A stretch of 64,000 nucleotides of DNA from Halieaceae bacterium UBA6060 (GCA_002428935.1 DIYG01000026.1:20946-84945), one strand, 5' to 3'; numbered from the stretch's first letter, positions 9,821-19,107 are shown. Notes: generated by a model not told the origin, from the letters alone. Translations and numbers: made by a program.

Positions 9821-10654
9821 GTGACAGCAAACCGATGGTCAGCCAATCTGCTGCGAGCATTGAAAGGGAGCGGGGTGTTTTTGCTGCTTCTTTGCGCACC
9901 CGGGCTCCAAGCGCAGACAACGACTGCCCCCAAGTCGAATCCCACGGTTCTCCGGTACACCTATGAGCTAGTGGAAAAAGTACCCCAGCCCCGAGAAAAT
10001 TTTGTCCAGGGTCTTCAGTTGTATGGCGATAGCCTTTACGTTGGCACCGGTCGCTATGGGCAGTCCCGGCTTATCGAATACGCCTTCCCAGCCATGACGG
10101 CGCGCCGAGAAGTGTCCCTGGCACCGGAGTTGTTTGGCGAAGGCATCACCCGTCTTGACGATTCCATCTATCAATTAACCTGGCGAGCCGGAAAGCTTCT
10201 GGTATACGACGCGGACTCCCTGACCATTCGCGGCAGCTATCCCATTGCCACGGAAGGTTGGGGCATCACCCACGACGGTTCGCAGCTTTACTATAGTGAC
10301 GGCAGCGCAACGCTGAGAACGTTGGATCCCCAGTCCCTCGAGGTCACCCAAAAAGTAACGGTGACACTCCAGGGACGCCCCCTTCCCGGCCTCAACGAAT
10401 TGGAATGGATCGACGGCGAGATCTGGGCCAATGTGTGGCGCGCCAACCAGCTCGTGCGCATCGATCCGACGAGCGGTCAGGTTCGGGGAATCGTTGATCT
10501 TCGTGGTTTACTCCCGGCGGCAGAACGAACCCCCGACACCGACGTACTCAATGGGATAGCCTGGGATGAGGAAAAACGCGCGCTCTGGGTCACCGGTAAA
10601 AACTGGCCGTGGCTTTATCATGTGCGACCCATTGCTTTGCCAGGCGGTCTCTGA
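9821..10654 (+). CDS. Glutaminyl-peptide cyclotransferase (type I QC), exported
   Basis: Motifs FVQGL, FGEGIT, EGWGIT, LNELE, IWANVW, VLNGIAWD and TGKNWP; signal peptide. Confidence 0.92.
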   Translation: MTANRWSANLLRALKGSGVFLLLLCAPGLQAQTTTAPKSNPTVLRYTYELVEKVPQPRENFVQGLQLYGDSLYVGTGRYGQSRLIEYAFPAMTARREVSLAPELFGEGITRLDDSIYQLTWRAGKLLVYDADSLTIRGSYPIATEGWGITHDGSQLYYSDGSATLRTLDPQSLEVTQKVTVTLQGRPLPGLNELEWIDGEIWANVWRANQLVRIDPTSGQVRGIVDLRGLLPAAERTPDTDVLNGIAWDEEKRALWVTGKNWPWLYHVRPIALPGGL

Positions 10655-10714
10655 GCGGACACCGAAGGAGACGTAAACAGGCTAGAATGGTCGTTTTTCC
10701 CCTGCGGACAACCC

Positions 10715-13660
10715 ATGAATAGCCCCACCCAGCTTCCGGTCTCTCACGAGTCTTTCATCCCTCTACGTCAGGAGCGTATCGACGCCCTGAGCCTGCGTAT
10801 CGAGCAGTTCGAGCATCGGGATACCGGCGCCCTGCACTACCACCTGGCCGCGGACAACCCCGAGAACGTATTCCTCGTGGCTCTGCGCACAGTTCCGGAA
10901 GACTCCACCGGCGTCGCCCATATTCTGGAACACACAGCGCTCTGTGGCAGCAAACGTTACCCCGTTCGGGATCCATTCTTCATGATGCTGCGCCGCTCCC
11001 TGAACACGTTTATGAATGCCTTCACCAGCAGTGACTGGACCGCATACCCCTTCGCCAGTCAAAACCGCAAGGACTTTGGCAACCTGTTGGACGTGTACCT
11101 CGACGCGGTGTTTTTCTCCCGCCTTGATCCTCTGGACTTCGCCCAGGAAGGACATCGCATCGAATTGGAAGAGCCGGACAATCCGTCCAGCAACCTGGTG
11201 TTCAAAGGCGTCGTATTCAATGAGATGAAAGGAGCCATGAGCTCCGTCGCCTCAACGCTTTGGCAGGCCCTTTGCCATCACCTGTTTCCCACGAGCACCT
11301 ATCACTACAACAGCGGCGGCGATCCGGAAGCGATCCCCGATTTGAGCTACGAGCAGCTCAAGGCTTTTTACGAAACGCACTATCACCCCAGCAACTCGAT
11401 CTTTATGACCTTCGGCGATATACCCGCCGAGGAACATCAAGCTACCTTCCATGAGCAAGCCCTAAAGCACTTTCCTCGCCTCCAGGAGCGCGTCGCCGTC
11501 GATCTTGAGAAACGCTATGAGGCCCCGCTGCGCGTATCTGAGGCTTACGCCTACGATGAAGAAGGCTCAACGGAAGCCAAAACCCATATCGTTATGGGAT
11601 GGCTCCTGGGCGAAAGCACAAAGCTGCGCGACACCCTGGAAGCCCAATTACTCTCCAGCGTCTTGCTAGAGAACAGTGCCTCGCCCCTGCAGCAGGCACT
11701 GGAAACGACGGAGCTGGGAACGGCCCCCTCACCCCTCTGCGGGCTAGAAGACTCCCTCCGGGAACTGGTCTTCTGTTGCGGTATCGAAGGCAGCGAGGCC
11801 GAGCACGAGGGAGCGTTAGAAGATCTCGTCCTGGGAGTGATTGACAAGGTCGCCGTACAAGGAGTGCCCGAAGAACAGCTAGAGGCGGTGCTTCACCAGC
11901 TTGAACTGCACCAACGAGAAGTCAGCGGCGATGGTATGCCCTATGGTCTGAATCTGATTCTCCAGGCCCTGGGCCCGGCTACGCACTACGCCGATCCGAT
12001 TCCGTCCATGGACCTCGAACCGGTTATCGCCGAACTGCGAGAGGAGATCAAAGACCCGGAATTTATCCGCGGACTCGCGCGCCGGCTGCTCCTGGATAAT
12101 CAGCATCGCCTTACGCTGGTGATGACTCCCGACCAAAAGCTTTCCGACGTGCGCCTGGAAAAGGAGCGACACCGCCTTGCGGAGCTACGCGAGTCCATGG
12201 ATCGTGAGCAACTCGACGCGGTGGCATCCCAGGCCCAAGCCCTTTTGGATCGTCAGGCTCAGGAAGACGATCCGGAGATTCTCCCCAAGGTAACCCTGGC
12301 CGATGTCCCGGCCACTCTTCCCGAGCTTAGCTGGACGGAACTTGGCGACCACGATCTGCCCTGCACCCTCTATGAGGCCGGTACCAACGGTCTGGTATAC
12401 CAACAACTCAGTTGCAGCATCGGCAACCTGAGTGACAAGGAACTGGCCATCCTCCCTCACCTAACAGGCATGGCCACGGAGCTGGGTCTAGGCGAGCGTG
12501 ACTACCTGGAGACACAGCACCAGCAAAGTTCCAACGTCGGCGCCATCAACCTGTTCACATCCATGCGCGGGGGTATTGATGACGAACAGGAAGCGCAAGC
12601 CAGTCTTGTCCTGTCTTCGAAAGCCCTGCTGCGTAAGCGTGCAGAGCAGAGCGCACTGATGCGAGACACCCTTGAGGTGCTCCGCTTCGACGAACTACCC
12701 CGGCTTCGTGATCTTGTGGCCCAGCAACGGGCGCGGCGAGAACAGTCCATCACGGGGCAAGGGCACAGCCTGGCGATGCAAGCCGCCTGTGCGGGGATGA
12801 GCCCCCTGGCTCGCCTTCACCATGAACTATCGGGCATGGAGGGCATCGCCGCGCTGCGAGGTTTGGATGACAGCCTCGATGATGCTGCAGCTTTGGAAGG
12901 CTTCTCCCAGGAACTCCAGGGACTTTATGACAAGCTGCGCAAGGCCAACTGGGAGGCACTCATCGTGGCCGAACCAGGTCAGGGACAAGCCGTTGCCGAG
13001 GCTGCGCTGGACGCCTGGGGAGACTTGCCGCGCCAGGAGGTTCAAGGCCTGAAACTGCAACCCCTTCGGGAACAGCGACATGAGTGCTGGGTTGTGAACT
13101 CGCAAGTAAGCTTTTGCGCCAAGGCCTTCCCAACGGTTCCCAGCGGTCATCCCGACGCCGCTGCCCTGACGGTTCTGGCCGGCTACCTGCGCAATGGCTA
13201 TCTCCATCGTGCGATCCGCGAGCAAGGTGGTGCCTACGGCGGCGGGGCCAGCCACGACGCGAGCACCGCCGCCTTCCGTTTCTTCTCCTACCGAGATCCG
13301 CGCATCGCCGGCACTCTGGATGATTTTGATGCCAGCATACGATGGATGAGCGCTGGCGAGCACAGCCCAGCGGCGCTAGAGGAAGCAATTCTCGGTGTCA
13401 TCGGCACCCTCGATAAACCCGGCTCACCGGCCGGAGAAGCGAAGCAGGATTTCCACAATCGACGGTTTGGCCGGGACTTTGCCCAGCGCATGGCCTTCCG
13501 GCAGGCCATCCTTCAGGTCAGCCTCGACGACCTGGTACGGGTCAGCGAAACCTACCTGAAGCCCGATGCCGCTTCCGTAGCGGTTGTCACGGGCCCCGCA
13601 GGGCATCGAGGCGATGCGCAAACCATAGAGGCCCTGGGGATGGAGGTTCGGGAGTTTTAG
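10715..13660 (+). CDS. M16C insulinase-family (PreP-like) zinc metallopeptidase
   Basis: Inverted zinc motif HILEH, CGSKRYPVRDPFF, FMNAFT, GVVFNEMKG and IREQGGAYGG. Confidence 0.93.
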   Translation: MNSPTQLPVSHESFIPLRQERIDALSLRIEQFEHRDTGALHYHLAADNPENVFLVALRTVPEDSTGVAHILEHTALCGSKRYPVRDPFFMMLRRSLNTFMNAFTSSDWTAYPFASQNRKDFGNLLDVYLDAVFFSRLDPLDFAQEGHRIELEEPDNPSSNLVFKGVVFNEMKGAMSSVASTLWQALCHHLFPTSTYHYNSGGDPEAIPDLSYEQLKAFYETHYHPSNSIFMTFGDIPAEEHQATFHEQALKHFPRLQERVAVDLEKRYEAPLRVSEAYAYDEEGSTEAKTHIVMGWLLGESTKLRDTLEAQLLSSVLLENSASPLQQALETTELGTAPSPLCGLEDSLRELVFCCGIEGSEAEHEGALEDLVLGVIDKVAVQGVPEEQLEAVLHQLELHQREVSGDGMPYGLNLILQALGPATHYADPIPSMDLEPVIAELREEIKDPEFIRGLARRLLLDNQHRLTLVMTPDQKLSDVRLEKERHRLAELRESMDREQLDAVASQAQALLDRQAQEDDPEILPKVTLADVPATLPELSWTELGDHDLPCTLYEAGTNGLVYQQLSCSIGNLSDKELAILPHLTGMATELGLGERDYLETQHQQSSNVGAINLFTSMRGGIDDEQEAQASLVLSSKALLRKRAEQSALMRDTLEVLRFDELPRLRDLVAQQRARREQSITGQGHSLAMQAACAGMSPLARLHHELSGMEGIAALRGLDDSLDDAAALEGFSQELQGLYDKLRKANWEALIVAEPGQGQAVAEAALDAWGDLPRQEVQGLKLQPLREQRHECWVVNSQVSFCAKAFPTVPSGHPDAAALTVLAGYLRNGYLHRAIREQGGAYGGGASHDASTAAFRFFSYRDPRIAGTLDDFDASIRWMSAGEHSPAALEEAILGVIGTLDKPGSPAGEAKQDFHNRRFGRDFAQRMAFRQAILQVSLDDLVRVSETYLKPDAASVAVVTGPAGHRGDAQTIEALGMEVREF

Positions 13661-13727
13661 CCTGTTCCTGTGCTAGAGCCTGAGCCCAAAGTCCGAGCCA
13701 TCTCGGCAATGGGTTAAGCGGTAGTAC

Positions 13728-14288
13728 TCAATCGGTCGCGTCGCTTGCGAGTACCACGAGGACGCGACCGGACCCGCTTTCGCCAGCTTCGAAGGCCCGC
13801 TCCCACGCCCATGGCGTCATGCGCATATTCCCCCAACTCGGATCGGCGAGGATGGCTCGCCCGTCTTCGCTGAATCCTTTGAGCACCGTGAAGTGGGCAC
13901 GTCCATCCACGGTCAACGCCGCTATGACCGGTCGGGAGAGCTGCCTAAGAGTGGTCGTAGGGACCGCAATCCCCGCCGCGCGATAGCCCTGCCTCTGAGC
14001 CAGATCGCGCAGGTCTGCAAAGGAAACGCCATCATCAAAGCTACGTTCCAGACCCTGGCGTTGGTCTTGTTCGCGCAAGCTCGTTAAGAGAAAGGCTTCG
14101 TCCGTAGGGTCGAGGTGATCATAGGTCAAGATCGTTGCCAGGGCCGCGAGACCACAGCTGAAGTCATGGGCCTGTCTGACCACGCCCTCGTCTCGGAGGG
14201 CTATCCAGGACTTAAAGTCGCTAGAACCGGCTGCCGAGGACGCACAAAGAATCAAAAAGCAGACACAGCCTATCCCGGTATCAAGCAA
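13728..14288 (-). CDS. Stand-alone C39 family cysteine peptidase with putative signal peptide (start approximate)
   Basis: FKSWIALRDEGVVRQAHDFSCG (Gln and Cys), AHFTVL (His), ILADPSWG (Asp). No ABC domain. Hydrophobic N-terminal stretch CVCFLILCASSAA. Confidence 0.9.
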   Translation of the reverse strand: MLDTGIGCVCFLILCASSAAGSSDFKSWIALRDEGVVRQAHDFSCGLAALATILTYDHLDPTDEAFLLTSLREQDQRQGLERSFDDGVSFADLRDLAQRQGYRAAGIAVPTTTLRQLSRPVIAALTVDGRAHFTVLKGFSEDGRAILADPSWGNMRMTPWAWERAFEAGESGSGRVLVVLASDATD

Positions 14289-14374
14289 ACCACAGGCTAC
14301 GGACCACGGCCACCAGGGCTTTGATCCTACGCCAGCGAGCCTGGCCCACGGTATCAACCGCCCATCGGTAGTAG

Positions 14375-14656
14375 TCAGATGTTTGGTGGTTCGTAAGCCT
14401 CGTCGATCAGGCCCTCTCGACGCATCGCCGCCAGGGTGTCCCGGCGACCGAAGTAAGCCCAGGCTAGGCAGATAACGACAAAAGCGGCGGCCGAGACTAT
14501 GACGGCAACGGGGGGCAGCGCGCCATATTCGACATAGGTGAAGTAAGCGAAGAGCAAGGTCGGTACGGGCATTAGCAACAACCAGACGACCAAACGATTG
14601 CTGCGCCGCTCGAACTCTCCATCGTTGAGCTTTTTCCTCAGGATTGGATTCTGCAT
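14375..14656 (-). CDS. Small 2-TM membrane protein, putative immunity protein
   Basis: AGGAG RBS before ATG 14656; two hydrophobic helices; lies immediately downstream of the precursor. Confidence 0.7.
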   Translation of the reverse strand: MQNPILRKKLNDGEFERRSNRLVVWLLLMPVPTLLFAYFTYVEYGALPPVAVIVSAAAFVVICLAWAYFGRRDTLAAMRREGLIDEAYEPPNI

Positions 14657-14734
14657 GGACAAAACTCCTGGCTACATCGACCAAAAACATGGCAGGAAAC
14701 GGGGAGCCTGACAAGGGCAGACTCCCCTGAGAGG

Positions 14735-15088
14735 CTACCTTGGGTAGGGCTTGGGAATGTAGCACACGGGGCAGGTCGACCCGCCGCCACCCCCGCCAGA
14801 AGCATAGTTGGGGACATAAACTCCCCAGAAGAATCCGGCCAAGGCCAGGTCGACGGCGACCACTCCTAGAATAAACGGCATTACCTCCCCTTTTGTCTCC
14901 GTCATCTGGGATTCACTGAGCCAACTAACGGACTCTGTGGGTGCCTCCGCGAACACCTGGTTGTAATCGACGATGTCCATACCCTGACCAAACCGCTGTT
15001 CCTCGGCCATGGTTGTCGAACTGGCCACCAGGGCCACAAGTAGGGGTGCAACGAAATGCCTTACCCCGGCTAGCTTTTCTATATTCAT
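14735..15088 (-). CDS. Secreted bacteriocin-like precursor: Sec signal, acidic pro-region ending LSESQMTETKGE, hydrophobic core
   Basis: AGGAG RBS 7 nt before ATG 15088. Signal ends ...SSTTMA. Double-glycine-type leader LSxxxMxxxxG(E). Core VMPFILGVVAVDLALAGFFWGVYVPNYASGGGGGGSTCPVCYIPKPYPR. Confidence 0.75.
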   Translation of the reverse strand: MNIEKLAGVRHFVAPLLVALVASSTTMAEEQRFGQGMDIVDYNQVFAEAPTESVSWLSESQMTETKGEVMPFILGVVAVDLALAGFFWGVYVPNYASGGGGGGSTCPVCYIPKPYPR

Positions 15089-15132
15089 GCGACGACTCCT
15101 TTCGTCCAACTGTGGGGTTCCCCTAACCACGG

Positions 15133-15921
15133 CTAAAACTGATACTGATACTGCAAACTGAACTGGCTGCCACCACCCTCCCCGGACAGTTCACCGAGAA
15201 GGAATAGCGTGTTGTTTCGGTTGGGCGCATAACCAAGACCCGCTCTCAGACTGATGGCATCTCGGTCATTGAACACAGGCTCCCCGTCCACACTTGACGC
15301 TTCCGCTATAGATAAGGCCATACCTCCCAGAAGCGTGACCTGGGGGTTAACGGCGAAGTTGACCATGGGCTCAGCGCGCCACTGATCTCCTGGCCTGAAC
15401 CTACCTCCGTTGAGGTGATAGCTCTCCTGACGGAGGTAAGACACTCGGAGCGACAACACGACGGGGTCTATGCTGCGATAAAGCGTGGCGGCGAGCTGTC
15501 CCTGGAAGACGCGCTCATCGTTGTCTGCCAAACCCGCCACAGAATCCCCTCGTGCTTCGATAACGATCGCTGGCCAGGAGTCTTCCCGGCGGGCCTGCCA
15601 CACTCCACCAAGCCCATAGCTATGTCCCTGTCGATGCTGCGTGCGCCCCGGTTGGCGAAGCTCGCCCTGGTTCCAATCCAGGTTCGCATTCACTTCAAGC
15701 CTTGGCGACAAACCATAGCGCAGGGTGGTGGACCACAAGCTGTCTCGATCTTCTACACCAGTAGTCGGTGTTCGATCCCGCAGGAGTAAACCTGCGGATA
15801 GCTGTAGCCGGGAATCATCAACAATCAGTTGCTCGATACTCAGCGGTGCCTGGGCTTGAACTTGGGTCTGCGTAAGCACACTCAGGGCAGAGACGGAAAG
15901 ACTGTGTTTTAAGCCGCCCAT
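15133..15921 (-). CDS. Outer-membrane beta-barrel transporter (FapF/COG4313-like)
   Basis: Signal peptide, PLSIEQLIVD N-terminus, TLRYGLSPRLEV, DPVVLSL, alternating amphipathic strands and C-terminal YQYQF. Confidence 0.8.
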   Translation of the reverse strand: MGGLKHSLSVSALSVLTQTQVQAQAPLSIEQLIVDDSRLQLSAGLLLRDRTPTTGVEDRDSLWSTTLRYGLSPRLEVNANLDWNQGELRQPGRTQHRQGHSYGLGGVWQARREDSWPAIVIEARGDSVAGLADNDERVFQGQLAATLYRSIDPVVLSLRVSYLRQESYHLNGGRFRPGDQWRAEPMVNFAVNPQVTLLGGMALSIAEASSVDGEPVFNDRDAISLRAGLGYAPNRNNTLFLLGELSGEGGGSQFSLQYQYQF

Positions 15922-16079
15922 GATGGGTGTCTCTCGGGAAGATCGATGGGAACAGCATCGCCTCAGGAGGCCCCTAGCTCCACATCATCGATGGGACTCT
16001 TCCGTCGATTTCCGTCAAGCTTGCCCGGGGACCGCGGGGCAAGCATACTCGCGGCCCGCGATCTCACGAGAACTAGCTA

Positions 16080-16772
16080 ATGCTGAGCAAATTTCCCCAG
16101 ATCCTGCCTTCTGTCACCTCCCGCAGCCTGGCCCAGGGCCTGGGTCTGGCTCTGATATTCCTGAGCGGTTGCGCCAGCTACCAGTCTGAATATGAAACGC
16201 GACTGATCGGGAGCCTGCCCAATCAGCGTGAGGTCACGATTGACGAGGCACAGAGCTTCCCTGGAGATGTGTTGTGCGGCCGCTACACCAGTCTCACAGG
16301 ACAGGGGTTCTCCTTTGTGACCCGTGACTTTGTCGTCACTCCTTACACGGTACTTAACCGGGCCAGCGAGCTGGAGCTATCGGTTTTCTGCGCTAAGAAT
16401 CCAAGGGCTGCTCTGCTCGAGAACACCGGTCTGGGAGCCTGGGACGACGACCTGCAGATCGCGACCCGCCTCCGCGATGATATGCGAGCTATCGATAACG
16501 CGATTCGCACCTACTACCGTACCCGGCACGGCATGCCAAAAAATCTCGACGTGTTGCTAGGGGAAGACCTGGGTCTCGATGAGACAAGCCTTCTGGACCC
16601 CTGGGGTAAGCGCTATCGCTACGACCCCGGTCTCTCCGGGCGCACCAAACCCATCTTCGAACTCATCAGCTATGGCGCCGACGGCCTCTCTGGGGGAAGC
16701 GGGGAAAACGCCGACATGCGTTATTCGCAGTTGGAACTCCTGGAACACATGTTGCGCGTGGAGGGGCTATAG
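16080..16772 (+). CDS. Lipoprotein with C-terminal GspG-like (T2SS pseudopilin) domain
   Basis: Lipobox FLSGC and DPWGKRYRY...LISYGADGLSGGSGENAD motif. No G-FTLIE prepilin site. Confidence 0.75.
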   Translation: MLSKFPQILPSVTSRSLAQGLGLALIFLSGCASYQSEYETRLIGSLPNQREVTIDEAQSFPGDVLCGRYTSLTGQGFSFVTRDFVVTPYTVLNRASELELSVFCAKNPRAALLENTGLGAWDDDLQIATRLRDDMRAIDNAIRTYYRTRHGMPKNLDVLLGEDLGLDETSLLDPWGKRYRYDPGLSGRTKPIFELISYGADGLSGGSGENADMRYSQLELLEHMLRVEGL

Positions 16773-16775
16773 CGC

Positions 16776-18503
16776 CTACGCCAGGGGAAATATGAGCGGC
16801 AGCAAGAACAATACGACAAGGGAATAGGAAACCGATACGGGAAGACCACAGCGCAGATAGTCGCTGAAACGATAGTTACCCAGGTTTTGCACCATGAGGT
16901 TGGTGGTGTACCCGTAGGGGGTTAGAAAGCTGGCACTGGCACCATAGGCCACCGCCATGGCAAAGGGTAAAACGGACAAGCCGTAGCTTTCGGCCAGGCC
17001 GTAGGCCACGGGGAAGGCGAGCGCAGCCGCCGCGTTATTGGTCATCAGTTCCGTGAGCAAGAGCGTGCTTAAATACACCCCCGCCAGCGCCACATAAGGT
17101 CCTCGACTCGCCAGGTGCTGGTGGAGGAAATCCGCGATATTCCCCACCAAACCCGTATTGGTCATGGCCTGCGACAATACCAGGGCGGAAGCGATGATCA
17201 TGACGATTTCAAAGGGAAAACGCCGCCGTAACTCACCGGGGCGTACCACCCTAAGCCCCAGCATCAGCACCAACATGGCCGCGAGCCCCTTGATCAGCGG
17301 CACGATAGCCAGCGCCGCCAGGGTCACCACCACCAGCATCGCCACGCCCATGAGCACATCCACGAGCGCGGGCAACTGCACCTGCACAGAACGAGAGCCG
17401 ACTACCAAAAAATTCTTATCCACATTCCGCCGGCCATAGAAATCACCACCGGCCGCCAGCATCAGGCTGTCGCCCGCCTGTAAGCTAATACTCCCGAGTT
17501 TTCCCGATAAACGTTGTCCGCCCCGACGCAGACCGACGACGGCCGCGTCAAAGAGGGAACGAAAGCCCGAGTTTTTTATGGTTTTGCCTTCAACGGTAGC
17601 GCCGGGCAGAACCACCACCTGGACCAGATTACCCCGCAGCAAACCCTCTTCGGCGGCGAAGGTTCGCAAGCCGTCGAAACGTTCCAGAACGCTGACCCGG
17701 GCGATATCACCCGAGAAAATCAGCTTGTCCCCCGCCTCGATGTGCTCCTGGGGTGCCACGGGTGATATGAGGTGGTCGCCACGAACGATCTCTACCAGGA
17801 ATAGTGCGTCAAGTTCGCGAAGGCCATTGTCGGCGATGCTGCGACCAATCAACGGAGAATCCGCCATCACCTCGGCTTCCACCAGGTATTCAGCAATGGA
17901 GATGGCTTCCCTTTCCCGATGGGGTAACAACCTCGACGAAAGAAACATGGCGGCAAGACCAGCCAGCGTCGCAGCGAATCCGATGGGGAGAAAGTCGAAG
18001 AAGGCCAGGCCCTCCCCTGTCGCATCCTCCAGAAAAGAACTCACGATGAGGTTGGTGGAGGTCCCGATCAAGGTCATAGTGCCGCCAAGCACCGCCGCAT
18101 AGGACAGGGGCAGGAGCAGGCGACTCGGTGGGTGATGAGGATTTTCACGCAAGGTGTTAGCCAGGGTGGCAACCACCGCCGTGTTGTTTACCACCGCAGA
18201 AAAAATACCCGTAACAAGGCTGATCCGCAGCAGCGACCAGCGATACCCCTTCACCACCAGTCCGCGAGCCAAACGCGACAACCAACTCAGCTTCTCAAGG
18301 CCAATGGACACGAGGATCAATAGCGTCAGGGTCACGAGCCCCTGATTGGTCACCTTATCGAGCAGCGCTGTGGTGTCCACCAATCCACCAAAATAGGCAG
18401 CTCCCATGGCCGCCGTGAACAGCCATGCGGGAGAAACGCTGCTGAAGACCAGGCCGTAAAAAAGGCCTAGGAAGATCGCCGCAATGTAGAGTTGTTCGAG
18501 CAT
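16776..18503 (-). CDS. SLC13/DASS family permease with TrkA-C domains
   Basis: SAVVNNTAVV, LGGTMTLIGTSTNL, TELMTNNAAAAL and FLTPYGYTTNLMV. Confidence 0.92.
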   Translation of the reverse strand: MLEQLYIAAIFLGLFYGLVFSSVSPAWLFTAAMGAAYFGGLVDTTALLDKVTNQGLVTLTLLILVSIGLEKLSWLSRLARGLVVKGYRWSLLRISLVTGIFSAVVNNTAVVATLANTLRENPHHPPSRLLLPLSYAAVLGGTMTLIGTSTNLIVSSFLEDATGEGLAFFDFLPIGFAATLAGLAAMFLSSRLLPHREREAISIAEYLVEAEVMADSPLIGRSIADNGLRELDALFLVEIVRGDHLISPVAPQEHIEAGDKLIFSGDIARVSVLERFDGLRTFAAEEGLLRGNLVQVVVLPGATVEGKTIKNSGFRSLFDAAVVGLRRGGQRLSGKLGSISLQAGDSLMLAAGGDFYGRRNVDKNFLVVGSRSVQVQLPALVDVLMGVAMLVVVTLAALAIVPLIKGLAAMLVLMLGLRVVRPGELRRRFPFEIVMIIASALVLSQAMTNTGLVGNIADFLHQHLASRGPYVALAGVYLSTLLLTELMTNNAAAALAFPVAYGLAESYGLSVLPFAMAVAYGASASFLTPYGYTTNLMVQNLGNYRFSDYLRCGLPVSVSYSLVVLFLLPLIFPLA

Positions 18504-18654
18504 CTTGCCAGTGGATTAACGCCGAAGCGCGAGCATACGCGCTGGCAGGCCCGGTTGCCATGGAACAATGATCGTTTACACTCTGCCAGCGCCGCAGAGC
18601 GCGCCGTCTTATCCCCTCCCCCCAGGGGGAGCCATCTCACGTAAGGAGAACAAT

Positions 18655-19026
18655 ATGATTGGTTACGTCACCATTGGTGTCAGCGATATGGAGCGCGCCA
18701 AGGCTTTCTATGCAGAGCTACTAAAGGACATGGGGGCCAAGGTAACGGCTGATATGGAGCGCATCGCCTTTATCGGAAAAAGCATGGCTGATCCGATGAT
18801 CGCAGTCTGCATTCCCTACGACGAAGAGCCCAATCACCCGGGCAATGGCAACATGGTCGCCATCAACGCCGAGACCAAGGAAAACGTCGATGCGCTGTAC
18901 AAGAAAGCCGTCGACCTGGGCGCGACTTGCGATGGCGAACCAGGACAACGTATCCCGGACGTGTTCTATGGCGCTTACGTCCGCGACGCCGATGGCAATA
19001 AGCTGGCCTTCTACGTATTTGGCTAA
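18655..19026 (+). CDS. VOC/glyoxalase family protein
   Basis: MIGYVTIGVSDMERAKAFY...GNGNMVA...YGAYVRDADGNKL; AAGGAG RBS. Confidence 0.92.
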   Translation: MIGYVTIGVSDMERAKAFYAELLKDMGAKVTADMERIAFIGKSMADPMIAVCIPYDEEPNHPGNGNMVAINAETKENVDALYKKAVDLGATCDGEPGQRIPDVFYGAYVRDADGNKLAFYVFG

Positions 19027-19107
19027 GCTGCTGACAAGTACCGCGGCGCCCGCTCGGGGCGACCGCGGTAAGCTGGGATTCGCATCCCGCATGTCCAAGA
19101 GCCCCCT

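Noticed and set aside
14289-14765. Long N-terminal extension of the C39 ORF (345 aa in the track)
   Set aside because: It overlaps the 2-TM gene, which has its own RBS, and looks non-protein-like. C39 similarity begins only near 14230.
13728-15921. Reading the C39/barrel module as a Fap amyloid operon or a classical microcin T1SS
   Set aside because: No FapB/FapC-like Asn/Gln-rich repeats, and no ABC transporter or HlyD gene in the module.
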